NCBI RefSeq assembly: GCF_004010195.1
Contig: NC_057743.1
Coordinates: 13,545,065-13,609,064, forward strand
Origin: Chiloscyllium plagiosum
Taxonomy: Eukaryota
Direction: 5' to 3'
DNA length: 64,000 bases
In this document: positions 1-11,965 of the stretch, piece by piece
How the letters are laid out: each line of letters opens with the position of its first letter
Numbering within the stretch: the stretch's first letter is position 1
The notes under the pieces: generated by a model
Database searches by the model: none
Told to the model about the DNA's origin: nothing
Seen by the model: only the letters and a program-made list of their open reading frames with translations
Program-made: the position numbers and the translations under genes

Positions 1-337
1 ATCAGGTAGAATGCTAACTTTATGGTATTACACTCTGATGACTTCAGTGGAGAATAGAATTGGATAAAATGCACTCAAACGTTTTAGTTTTCAAATGGAT
101 AGGTTAAGTTAAAATTATAATAGGGTTAAAAATGATTAAATTTCTTTGCACTAAAATATGACAGCTAGTCATGCTGGGACTACAGGGTTTGTTCCACAAT
201 CGATAGGTCAAAACGGTGTTAGAAAGCGTGCCACATGTTTGTGTGCATAAAAACAATAGCAGCTAACTCAGGACTGCATAAGATCAGTACCTGCAAACAC
301 AAACCCTCACTGGGATTGCTGAGTCATAGAATTGGAA

Positions 338-500
338 ACCAAACAATAACAGAAATTGCTGGATAAGTCCTGACAGCATCTGTGGAGAGAAATCAGAGTT
401 AACGTTTCGGGTGGAGTGACCCTTCCTCAGAATAGCCTGTTCTGCTGACCCTTTTCAGCAATTTCTATTTTTGTTTCTGATTTAGTGTCTGAAGTTCTTT
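338..500. mobile_element. Penelope-like (PLE) pLTR-derived inverted-repeat insertion, family C
   Basis: Left arm aacagaaattgctgg...gagagaaatcagagttaacgtttcggg...cttcctcagaa, with an inverted right arm (cagcaatttctatttttgtttctga). Same family at 22168 and 58398. Confidence 0.7.
398..432 (-). ncRNA. Minimal hammerhead ribozyme motif (PLE type)
   Basis: Minus strand reads tt-CTGAGGA-A-GGGT cactcc ACCC-GAAAC-GTT-aac: CUGANGA core, helix II, GAAA, GUU cleavage triplet. Confidence 0.65.
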
Positions 501-832
501 TGGTTTTTATTCACAGAACCATATGACTTGGCCTGGTTATAGTCCTGCTTGTTGGTCCGTGCATTTAGATGTTCCTAAGTGTAGGAATCCCACCGATACA
601 AAGAAGAGAGTTTATCACTTCTGGTGCTAACCCTCCTTGATCACAAATGTATGAGCACACACTCTCACACACAGTTCCCAACAACGAGTCTGTTCCATAT
701 TGGTAGAAATAAGAATTCTGGCTGTTTCACATTTTCTAAACGCACCAACTACAGAACCTCTAGCCACGATCAGCTAACTCAACAAAGACCAGGGATTGAA
801 AGTGACATTTTTCTGGTCTTATGGAACTAATT

Positions 833-1031
833 AGGAGAAGGTGAGGACTGCAGATGCTGAAGATCAGAGTCGAGAGTCTGGTGCTGGAAAAGCACAGCAG
901 CTCAGGCAGCATCTGAGGAGAAGAAGAATCGACATTTCAGGCATAAGCCCTTCATCAGGATGAAAGCTTTGATTCTCCTGCTCCTCGGATGCTGCCTGAT
1001 TGCTGTGCTTTTCCAGCACCACATTCTCGAC
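833..1031. mobile_element. PLE fold-back insertion, family A
   Basis: aggagaa(g)gtgaggactgcagatgctg... arm plus inverted arm. Flanked by cttatggaact(a/c)attagg at 818-835 and 1031-1048. Decayed HHR on the minus strand at about 927-960. Confidence 0.85.
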
Positions 1032-2134
1032 TTATGGAACTCATTAGGCAGTGCATTTAGCTTGGGAGCTGCAGGGCCAAGTGTGATGGTAGAGTGCTTA
1101 AGCAGTATACCTTTGCTTTTCTTATTTGGGTACCAACAGGCACCAGGAACTGAGCTGAAACCTCACCACCATCTTCTCACCAGCAGAGAGGAGTAGGCAA
1201 CAAATGCTGGCCTTGCTCTGACCACACACACTTCCAGAATTAATAGAACAAATTGCAAAGCAGCAGATGAGTGTTAAGGTTCAGATTTTCTTATTTTATA
1301 TCAGCACAGTTTCAATACCAAATGATCATAACCTGCTCACAGGTGGTTATTAAATGGTATCCAGTTGCTAGAATCAGTCATGAGCCTTCCTTATCCATCA
1401 AAATTGCAATAATATTAACAATGAATTTGATGGTGACATGGGATGTCATGGAAAAGTCACTTAATGACGTGCCTCATTAAACAGTTGACAGGATGAATTG
1501 TTGCTCACCTAAGCTTGACAACTGCAATTGAAATTATTCCATCCATAAGTCCTCGAATTGGAAGGCAGCCGGGAATGATACTTTAACATTTTATTGCATG
1601 AACATCAATTTGACTACAGATATTACAAGAGCATTAATATTTATGCATTTTTATTCCAACTTAATACACCCAGGTTTGCTGAAGATCATATCAATGAAGA
1701 CATTTTTCATTGATACAGTAACAAAGACATTTTAATCTATAGTTTCATTCTCACACTCTGCATTGTCCTGTACAGGTATATGTTCAGTTACCTGACTCCC
1801 CCATGCTTCGTTTTGAAGCCAGTGAGAGATCCTTGCTTGGGTCTCAAAGCCATATTTTGATTCCATGCTTCAAAACGTAGGCTACTCATTCCCCTTCTTC
1901 AATGGTATGATGGATAAATGCACTGTGGGTCTTTATATTAAGTCACACAGGCCTGGAACATTCACTTCATAGTTTCTCTTGAGTTATAGGCAAAGATTTG
2001 CAAGTTCATTGAGCCAAATGAAGTTGCTAGGATCTCTAAAATGGAGTCTGTGTGCCAGCTGTTCAATATAATCAAGTCTTCCAATGACCTTCTGTGTTTC
2101 GGAAAACAATTCTAATTTATCTCAACTTTATTTT

Positions 2135-2262
2135 GGGATGGGGGCATCAATGGCTGGGCCAGCATTTATTGCCTGTCCCTAGTTACCCTTGAGAAGGCAG
2201 TGGTGAGCTGCCTTCATGAACCACTGCAGTCTACATGCTGTAAGTTGACCCACAATGCCATT
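2135..2262 (-). mobile_element. 3' tail of RTE-X-type SINE/LINE
   Basis: ccagcatttattgcctgtccctagttacccttgagaagg; a related tail is present at 21330. Confidence 0.55.
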
Positions 2263-3561
2263 CGGGTCTTCTACATAGGTAAAGTCTCATTGACTCACAG
2301 ATACTTGCATCTATCACTATCCCTGATTAATCCCTGCCTCTCCAAATGCAGATGTATGCTATCGCTCAGAATTATTTCTACTAACATCCCCATCACGTTC
2401 ATCATCTATCTGTTCCTCCTTGGTTAATAATGGGAAAATGTTGGCAGCCATTCAGTCCTCTGGCACCTCACCTGGGGCCAGAGAGGATTTTCCAGGGCTC
2501 CTGCTATCTCCTCCCTTGCCTCCAACAACTGGAAATGCATCTCACCCAGGGCAGCAGAGTAATCCACTTTTAAGACTGGTAAACCTGCTAATACCTCTTC
2601 TCTCTCTCTTTCTCCTTCTCTCTCTATGTTAAGTTCTTCTATTATTTCACAGTCTGCTACCCTGATGTCTACACCTGTAGTGCTCATGGAGAGGCTCCTA
2701 TGCCTACACTGCAGTCCTTGCAATAACCTACCACCCACCCCAGCCTCCCAACCCGATTGGCAGTACTTGTCTGCCTGGCTGCCCCTTCACCACAAAGGTT
2801 TATATGTCCCTGGGACACCTTAGGATCTCCATTGTGCTGCAGCCTCAACATCAGCCACTGCTAACAGGATCCCATCAAGTTTTTAACAGCTTCAACCTGT
2901 CCTACACCTTCAAAGATTCATCTCCATTAACCCTGGCTCCCTAATCCTGCATCATTTTTAATATCATATAAATTTAAAAGCAGCACAACATTAATTTGTA
3001 TTTATATATAGATTCTTTCTTGGGAAATGCCCAAGGCCATTAGCAGAAGCATTAATGATAAAGGTTTTGACACTTTACTGCTGAAGGTGAGATCTGGAAG
3101 AGTGAATAAACGCTTGGTTGAATTTTTCAGAGTGAATCTTAAATGACAACGAGGCTTTAGGAAGGGAATTCCAAGCTCACAGATTTCGGAGGATCCGAGT
3201 TAGGCAAAAGTGAGGCCGCAGAGGGGTTTGGGAACAAGGATGGGAATTTCCAAAATGAAGGTGTTAAGTGTTCCAGGAGCCAGTGTGGGTTAGCAAGCAC
3301 AGGATCAACAAGGGTATGGGAAGTTGTTTTAAATAACCATAAGTTTATGTCAGCTGGAAGATGCTGGAAGATTCAAACTTAGAGGTAACAGAAGTGTGGA
3401 AGAGGGCTTCAGCAGTAGGGGAACTGAGACAGGTTCAGAGTCAGATGATATTGCAGAGGTTGAGCAGTGTTGTCTATTAATTCATTTCTCTTACCTGCTT
3501 CAGGGCTTTGTGATGCAAAGGCATTCATTCTAAAGGTTTCTGCTGAAATTTCGTCAGCCAC

Positions 3562-3762
3562 AAAGCACAGCTCTACACTTACACCATGAGCACATCAATC
3601 AGCCTAATTGTGCTGTTCACCTTAGTATAGAGGCTGCTAATTCAATAATCTGAGCACCTCTCACTAATGCAGAAAGGGCTCAGTTCAAGATTAAATATCT
3701 GAAGGAATATGGAAATATAGGAGAGACACTGACACCGTGGTGTTATCACTGGACTCGCAAAC
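3562..3762 (+). repeat. 201-bp direct repeat, copy 1 (copy 2 at 4879-5079)
   Basis: aaagcacagctctacacttacaccatgagcac...ggactcgcaaac is repeated at offset 1317 with scattered substitutions. Confidence 0.95.
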
Positions 3763-4220
3763 CAGAGAACCAGGTAGTTCTCTGGGAATGCTGGTTTTAA
3801 TCAATTCATATTAATGTTGGAATCAAATTTTTAAAATCTGGAATTAAAATGCAAATGATGACCCTGAAACAATGACTAACTGCTGTAAAAACCCATCTGG
3901 TTCACTATGTTCCTGGAGGGAGGGAAATCTGCTTTCCTGGTCGAGCCTCCATGTGACTCCAGACCTACAGCACTGTGTTTATCTCTAAAGTATCCCTCTG
4001 AAATGGCCAAGCCATTCAGTTGCATCAGCCACTAAACTGTCTGAAATAAGGAATGAAACCAGACAGGTCACCTGGCATCAGCTAAACCAACGGAAATGAC
4101 AATATCAAACTCGGCCCTGCAAAGTCCTTCTTACCAATATCTGGTGCCAATTTGAGGAGAGCTGTCTCACAGACTAGTCAGGAGACAGCCTGGCATAGTC
4201 ATACTCATGGTATCATACCA
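3735..4220 (+). mobile_element. tRNA-headed element continuing into a LINE endonuclease start (RTE-X-like)
   Basis: A-box-like gtggtgttatcactggact, then body aaaacccatctggttcacta...gtgactccagacc, then a frame reading ELSHRLVRRQPGIVILMVSY (APE PDIV.LTE motif). Confidence 0.6.
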
Positions 4221-4335
4221 TGGTGACGCAGTGGTTAGCACTGCTACTTCACAGAGTCAGGGACCTGACTTCAATTCCAGCCTCGAGTGACTGTGAGGAG
4301 TTTGCACATTCTCCCCGTGTCTGCGTGGGTTTGCT
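4221..4335 (+). mobile_element. HE1-type SINE, 5' fragment
   Basis: cagtggttagcactgct A box; ttcaattcc B box; ggagtttgcacattctccccgtgtctgcgtggg. Confidence 0.85.
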
Positions 4336-4394
4336 GAAAATATCAGCCGGGTTTGTGAAATCAGTCCTCAGAATTTAATCCAATCAGGGAACAG

Positions 4395-4842
4395 GAGGTT
4401 GCCAAGAATGGAGGGTTTGAGTTCTAAGGATAGGCTGGGACATTTTTTCACTGGAGCGTAGGAGGTTAAGGGGTAATCTTATAGAGGTTTATAAAATCAT
4501 GAGGGGTATGGATAAGGTGAATGGCAGGGGTTCTTTCCCTAGGGTGGGGGATTTCAAGACTAGGGAACATATTTTTAAGGTGAGAGGAGAAAGATTTAAC
4601 AAAAATGTGAGGGGCAATTTCGTAACACAGAGAGCATTTCGAGTGTGGAGTGAACTTCCAGAGGAAGTGGTGGATGTGGTACAGTTACAAGGTTTAAAAG
4701 ACATTTAGGTAAGTACATGAATAAGAAATGTTTGGAGGGATACAGGCCTGGCACGAGCAGGTGGGTCTAGTTTAGTTTGGGATTATGGTTGGCATGGACT
4801 GGTTGGACCAAAGGATCTGTTTCTGTGCTCTATGACTCTGTG
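4395..4842 (+). mobile_element. CR1/HER1-like LINE 3' end
   Basis: LIEVYKIMRGMDKV...FPRVG...KVRGERF...GNFVTQR; tail ctgtttctgtgctctatgactct. Confidence 0.9.
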
Positions 4843-4878
4843 ACACACGAGGGGAATCTAAATAAACCCAGAAGACAG

Positions 4879-5079
4879 AAAGCACAGCTCTACACTTACA
4901 CCATGAGCACATCACTCAGCCTAATTGTGCTGTTCACCTTAGTATACAGGCTACCGATTCAATAATCTGAGCACCTCTCACTAACGCAGAAAGGGCTCAA
5001 TTCAAGATTAAATATCTGAAGGGATATGGAAATTTAGGAGAGATAGTGACACTGTGGTCTTATCACTGGACTCGCAAAC
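4879..5079 (+). repeat. 201-bp direct repeat, copy 2
   Basis: Matches 3562-3762. Confidence 0.95.
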
Positions 5080-6391
5080 TAGTTGATTGAGTTATGGGTA
5101 AATCTGAGAGCAGGATTATGTAGAAAATGTACAGCAGAAGAATCTGCCTGGGCCAAATGGTCTGTTTAACTCCACATGAAATCTACCATTTGACAAAAGT
5201 TTTAGACAACAGCTAGTACAGTAATAAGACTGAAGAGAGACAGATGGATTAAGAAAAAGACAAGCAAAAATAGCATAGAGTCCTAGAAATGGGGCTGACA
5301 ATCTGTCCTCAACCCACATCCACTCCCAGGGTTTATTTTTAAAAACAATTCCTACACATTTGTCAAGCTTTACTTTGACACAGTGAATGAATCACAGAGT
5401 GCGAACTTTCAGGAATCCAATTAGGTGGTAGTAATGACACCGGTATATATAATTACATCAGCAGTTGCACCTTATTGAGATTTATAGGGAGAGTAATCCA
5501 GGAAGCAGGGAGCCTGAGGGGAAACAACAGTGATATAAAAAAAATTGTCATCAGAAATTATGCTGAATTCCCTGTTGGAAGCAAAAGTACTGATTACACT
5601 CGCTGTGAATTTAGTGTGACTGTTCTTGCTTGTCACTGCAGTATAGCAAATGGAAAACACTAATTAAGCACTCAGAGGAGATTTTAATAACTTGCTGAGC
5701 TGTGTGGCCTGTACTCAAGGCTGATCATTGTCCTTTTAATCCCTGTTGTATCTAATTTTATAATAGCTGTATCAATTTGTAGCAAAATGAATGTCCTTTT
5801 TATTAGCGCTGCTCATGGAGTTTCTTTTAAATCTATAAGCCTGTTAATCATTTCCAATATCCTCAGTGAGGTTGGGTGTGCAGAATTGCTTCTCAATCTG
5901 AGTTAGGAACCATAAATGCTTTTTCTGCTTTATTTTCTCTGTTTATCAACGAGAGCAATCTTTATGGTTTCCGACTCAGGCACTGTGTCAGCTGCTTACC
6001 GTTATACAGGGCTTTTCATGCCTGCCAGACATTCCGCATTGACTTTCATTCAACCTTTTAGAAACATATGTGGTAATATTGGAAATGCACATTTTAATAT
6101 GGGACAGAATGTAACATAGGTGACCGATATCTTGCCTGCTGGCTGAGGAGCCAGCAAGGACCCAGCATTGCCTCTTTTCTTGAAGGCCAACCATGTTCGG
6201 TGTCAATCAACCAGGAAGCAGTGGGTCTTCTCCAGGACCCGAGACCCTGGCCACAGAAATCCACTGCTGCTAGTGATGCACTCTCTCCAAGCTCAGGATC
6301 ACCGAGGGACTCACCCCCCGGTGAGTGATAATGGGAGGGTGATTGTGGTTGAGGGTGAAGAGGCTTTGTCAGCAAGGGCAGGAGGTTGGCA

Positions 6392-6740
6392 GTCATAGAC
6401 TCGCACAATCCCTACAGTGTAGAAGCAGGCCATTCGGATGATCAAGTTCACACTAACCCACTGAAGAGCAGCCCACTCTCTCTCCAACTCTATCCCTGTA
6501 TTTCCCATGGCTGACCCACCTAGCCTGGATATCTTTGTACACTATGGGCAATTTAGTATGGCCAATCCACGTAACCTGCACATCGTTGGACTGTGGGAAG
6601 GAACCAGAGCACCTGGATGAAACTCAAGCAAACATGTTTAGAATATGCAAACTTCACACAGATAGTCATCTGAAGGTAGGATCGAACCCAGGTGCCTGGT
6701 GCTGTGAGGCAGCAGAGCTAACCGCTGAGCCACTGAGCTG
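6392..6740 (-). mobile_element. HE1-type SINE (diverged)
   Basis: ggactgtgggaaggaaccagagcacctgga...gatcgaacccagg...gctgtgaggcagcagagctaacc. Confidence 0.85.
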
Positions 6741-9700
6741 CCAAATAAGGAAATGCATAATCACTAAGAACAAGCTCACAAATCGTATCAAAGCTTCAAG
6801 TAAACTGTACCCTTCAAACAGAATAGAAAATGTGAATGTACAATGTCTATAAATGGAAAATTAAATGTTGTACTGGGTAATTCAAACCAAAAATCTATAT
6901 ATCAACATGGCTACATTACACCTTGACATTAGTAACTATATGACTAATGGTTATAATAGTTATATCATAAATACTGGATGTGAAGATGCCTCCAAAATAC
7001 CACTGAGTTTCAAATATTTTAAATCATTTCCTCACTGAATTCATAACTCCTATATTGTCACAGTCTGTAGTATTTTCGTTCCACAGAGTTGTAACTCCAC
7101 CCACTCTGTTTTATTTCTGCTTCATGATGTGTACTTTTTGACATAATCAGTTCAGGATCCTGAAGTCCTTAAATGACATATTGTAAAGTAAGAAATCAGG
7201 GTTCAATTATGAAATCTAAATTATACAATGTAGAAAAAGTAGATTGTAATATAGGAATTGCAGTCAGAGTGTGAGAAATTTATATTGTAATGTAGATAAT
7301 GTTCACAGTAATAGTCAAATTTAGAAATCCTCATTTGATGCAACAAATATATTTAACTATACACACATCAACCTGAAATTCTACGGGCATTCAGTATTCC
7401 CATGAGAATCATCAGAAGATAACAATTAGATCCTCTTTATGGATTATTGGGAAATCTGTTGAAATGCAGAGCAATGAACCATTCTGAGCTGATAGGTTCA
7501 TAATTGGAGTCCCAGTCAGTACTGAGTTGGCTGAGTGCAATTAAAGCAACAGTAAAATGTACTCTTTCTGGCCCTGGGCTACTGAAGATTGTAGATTCTG
7601 CTCACCATCTAGTGAGACATACAGCAAAGTGATTGTTTGGTAGTGTTCAAGGTGAGTTTGGTTTTGATGTCCCCCAGAATCTAACAGTGACCTAATACTC
7701 ATTATCAGTTGTTCTACAGAGGGAAGCACAAATTATGAGGTACCAGAGGGATTTGTATGAAGTACTGAAGGAATCTGTATGAGGTACTGGAAGGATCTGA
7801 GTGAGGTACTGGAAGGGTCTGTATGAGATACTGGAAGGATCTGTATGAGATACTGGAAGAATCTGTATGAGATATTGGAAGGATGGGTGTGAGAAACTGG
7901 AAGAATCAGCATGAGGTACTGGAAGGATCTGTGTGAGATACTGGAATGATCAATACGACGTACTGGAAGGATCAATATGAGATACTGGAATTACCTGTGT
8001 CAGGTACTGGCAGGATGTGTATGATATACTGGAAGGATCTATGTGAGATACTGGAAGGGTCTGTATGGGATACTGGAAGGGTCTGTGTAAGATACTGGAA
8101 GGATCTGTGTGAGGTTCTGGAAGGATCTGTGTGAGGTACTGGAACAATATGTGGGAGATACTGGAAGGATCAGATTGAGATACTGGAAGGATCTTTATGA
8201 GATACTGGCAAGATCTGTGAGAGGAACTGAAAGGATCTGTCTGTGTTACTGGAAGTATCTGTATGAGATACTGGAAGGATCTATATGAGATACTGGAAGG
8301 ATCTGTGTGAGATATTGGAAGGATGGGTGTGAGAAACTGGAAGGATCAGCATGAGGTACTGGAAGGATCTGTGTGAGATACTGGAATGATCAATACAAGG
8401 TACTGGAAGGATCAATATGAGATACTGGAATTACCTGTGTCAGGTACTGGCAGGATGTGTATGATATACTGGAAGGATCTATGTGAGATACTGGAAGGGT
8501 CTGTATGGGATACTGGAAGGGTCTGTGTAAGATACTGGAAGGATCTGTGTGAGGTTCTGGAAGGATCTGTGTGAGGTACTGGAACAATATGTGGGAGATA
8601 CTGGAAGGATCAGATTGAGATACTGGAAGGATCTTTATGAGATACTGGCAAGATCTGTGAGAGGAACTGAAAGGATCTGTCTGTGTGACTGGAAGTATCT
8701 GTATGACGTACTGGAAGGATCTATATGAGATACTGGAAGGATCTGTGTGAGGTATTGGAAGGATGGGTGTGAGTAACTGGAAGGATCGGCATGAGGCTCT
8801 GGAAGGATCTGTGTGAGATACTGGAATGATCAATACGACGTACTGGAAGGATCAATATGAGGTACTGGAATTATCTGTGTCAGGTACTGGCAGGATGTGT
8901 ATGATATACTGGAAGGATCTATGTGAGATATTGGAAGGGTCTGTATGAGATACTGGAAGGACCTATGTGAGATTGAGATACTGGAAGGATCTGTGTGAGG
9001 TATTGGAAGGATGGGTGTGAGTAACTGGAAGGATCGGCATGAGGCTCTGGAAGGATCTGTGTGAGATACTGGAATGATCAATACGACGTACTGGAAGGAT
9101 CAATATGAGGTACTGGAATTATCTGTGTCAGGTACTGGCAGGATGTGTATGATATACTGGAAGGATCTATGTGAGATATTGGAAGGGTCTGTATGAGATA
9201 CTGGAAGGACCTATGTGAGATTGAGATACTGGAAGGATCTGTGTGAGGTTCTGGAAGGATCTGTGTGCTGGAAGGATCTGTATGAGGTACTGGAAGGATC
9301 TGTATGAGATACTGGAAGAATCAGATTGAGATACTGGAAGGATCTGTGTGATATACTAGAAGGATCTGTATGAGGAACTGGAAAGATCTGTGTGAGGTAC
9401 TGGAAAGATCTGTGTGAGGTACTGGAAAGATCTGTGTGAGGTACTGGAAAGATCTGTGTGAGGTACTGGAAAGATCTGTGTGAGGTACTGGAAAGATCTG
9501 TGTGAGGTACTGGAAAGATCTGTGTGAGGTACTGGAAAGATCTGTGTGAGGTACTGGAAAGATCTGTGTGAGGTACTGGAAAGATCTGTGTGAGGTACTG
9601 GAAAGATCTGTGTGAGGTACTGGAAAGATCTGTGTGAGGTACTGGAAAGATCTGTGTGAGGTACTGGAAAGATCTGTGTGAGGAACTGGAAAGATCTGTG

Positions 9701-11245
9701 TGAGGTACTGGAAAGATCTGTGTGAGGTACTGGAAGGGTCCGTATGAGGACCTGGAAGGATCTCTGTGAGTAACTGGAAACATCTGTCTGTGTTACTGTA
9801 AGTGTCTATATGATGTATTGGAAGAATCTGTATGATATACCGGAAGAGTCTCTGTGAGGTACTGGAAGGGTCTGTATGAGATACTGGAAGGATCTATGTG
9901 AGGTTCAGGAAGGATCTGTGTGAGGTACTGGAAGGGTCTGTGTGAGGTACTGGAACAATCTGTGTGAGATACTGGAAGGATCTTTGTGAGATATTGCCAA
10001 GATCTGTGTGAGGAACTGGAAGTATCTGTGTGAGAGACTGGAAGGATCTGTATGAGGTACTGGAAGGATCTGTGTGAGGTTCTGGAAGGATCTGTATGAG
10101 GTACTGGAAGGATCTGTATGAGGTACTGGAAGGATCTGTATGAGATACTGGAAGAATCAGATTGAGATACTGGAAGGATCTGTGTGATATACTAGAAGGA
10201 TCTGTATGAGGAACTGGAAAGATCTGTGTGAGGTACTGGAAAGATCTGTGTGAGGTACTGGAAGGGTCCGTATGAGGACCTGGAAGGATCTCTGTGAGTA
10301 ACTGGAAACATCTGTCTGTGTTACTGTAAGTGTCTATATGATGTACTGGAAGAATCTGTATGATATACCGGAAGAGTCTCTGTGAGGTACTGGAAGGATC
10401 TGTATGAGATACTGGAAGGATCTGTGTGATGTACTGGAAGGATCTGTGAGAGATACTAGAAGGATCTGTGTGAGATATTCAAAGGATCTGTGTGAGGTTA
10501 TGGAAGGATCAGTGCGAGATACTGTAAGGATCTGCATGAGGTACTGGAAGTATCTGTGTGAGGTAGTGGAAGGATCTGTATGAGATGCATGGAAGGATCT
10601 GTGTCAGGTATTGGAAGGATCTGTGGAATATACTGGAAGGTTCTTTGAGAGGCGCTGGAAGGATCTGCATGAAGTACTGGAAGGATCTGTGTGAGTTACT
10701 GGAAGGATCTGTGTGAGATACTGAAAGGATCTGTGCAAGGTTCTGGAAGGATCTGTATGAGTTACTTGAAGGATCTGTGCGAGATACTGGAAGAACATGT
10801 TTGTGATACTGTAAGGATCTGTATGAGATACTGGAAGGATCTGTGTGAGGTACTGGAAGGATCTGTGTGAGTTACTGGAAGGATCTGTATGAGGTACTGG
10901 AAGGAACTGTATGAGATACTGGAAGGGTCTATGTGAGATAATGGAACAATCTGTGCGAGGTTCTGGAAGTATCTGTATGAGGTAATGGAAGGATCTGTAT
11001 GAGGTACTGGAATGGTCTGTGTGAGATACTGGAAGGATCTGTATGAGGTACTGGAAGGAACTGTATGAGATACTGGAAGGGTCTATGTGAGATAATGGAA
11101 CAATCTGTGCGAGGTTCTGGAAGTATCTGTATGAGGTAATGGAAGGATCTGTATGAGGTACTGGAAGGGTCTGTGTGAGATAATGGAAGGATCTTTGTGA
11201 GGTTCTGGAAGGATCTGTGTGAGGTTCTGGAAAGATCTACATGAG

Positions 11246-11322
11246 TCTGAGGCGGGAATTGAACCCGGGTCTCCGGCGCTGTGAAGCAGCAGTGCTAACC
11301 ACTGTGCCACCGTGCCGCCCAC
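11246..11322 (-). mobile_element. HE1-type SINE head only
   Basis: ctgaggcgggaattgaacccggg...gtgctaaccactgtgccaccgtgccgccc. Confidence 0.9.
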
Positions 11323-11574
11323 ATTACTGGAGGGATCTGTGTGAGGTATTGTAAGGAACTGTGTGAGGTACTGGAAGTATCTGTATGAGGTAATGGAAGG
11401 ATCTGTATGAGATACTGGAAAGGTCTGTCTGAGATACTGGAATGATCTGTATGAGGTACTGGAAGGATCTGTGTGAGGTACTGGAATGATCTGTATGAGG
11501 TACTGGAAGGATCTGTATGAGATACTGGAAGAATCAGATTGAGATACTGGAAGGATCTGTGTGAGGTACTGGAA

Positions 11575-11723
11575 NNNNNNNNNNNNNNNNNNNNNNNNNN
11601 NNNNNNNNNNNNNNNNNNNNNNNNNNNNNNNNNNNNNNNNNNNNNNNNNNNNNNNNNNNNNNNNNNNNNNNNNNNNNNNNNNNNNNNNNNNNNNNNNNNN
11701 NNNNNNNNNNNNNNNNNNNNNNN
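11575..11723. other. Assembly gap
   Basis: Run of N. Confidence 1.
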
Positions 11724-11965
11724 CTCAGGCGACTGACTGTGTGGAGTTTGCACGTTCTCCCCGTGTCTGCGTGGGTTTCCTCCGGGTGCTCCGGTTTCCT
11801 CCCACCATCCAAAGATGTGCAGGGTCAGGTGAATTGGCCATGCTAAATTGCCCGTAGTGTTAGGTAAGGGGTAAATGTAGGGGTATGGGTGGGTTTCGCT
11901 TCGGCAGGTCGGTGTGGACTTGTTGGGCCGAAGGGCCTGTTTCCACACTGTAATGTAATCTAATC
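11724..11965 (+). mobile_element. HE1-type SINE body and tail (young)
   Basis: ctcaggcgactgactgtgtggagtttgcacg...gggccgaagggcctgtttccacactgtaatgtaatctaatct; CpGs retained. Confidence 0.92.

Noticed and set aside
833-1031. Palindromes read as DNA-transposon MITEs or miRNA hairpins
   Set aside because: Asymmetric ends, variable long TSDs, hammerhead motifs and linkage to DKG/GIY-YIG fragments in sister families point to a Penelope origin.
960-1196. Signal-peptide-like ORF MKALILLLLGCC
   Set aside because: The hydrophobic start is the PLE pLTR arm; the same peptide recurs at 40696 and 53512.
3562-5079. LTR element or TRIM
   Set aside because: No TG..CA termini, PBS or PPT; the interior is unrelated SINE and LINE debris.
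6120-6326. GC-richer patch ending in ccg|gtgagt as a coding exon
   Set aside because: No convincing acceptor and no recognisable peptide.
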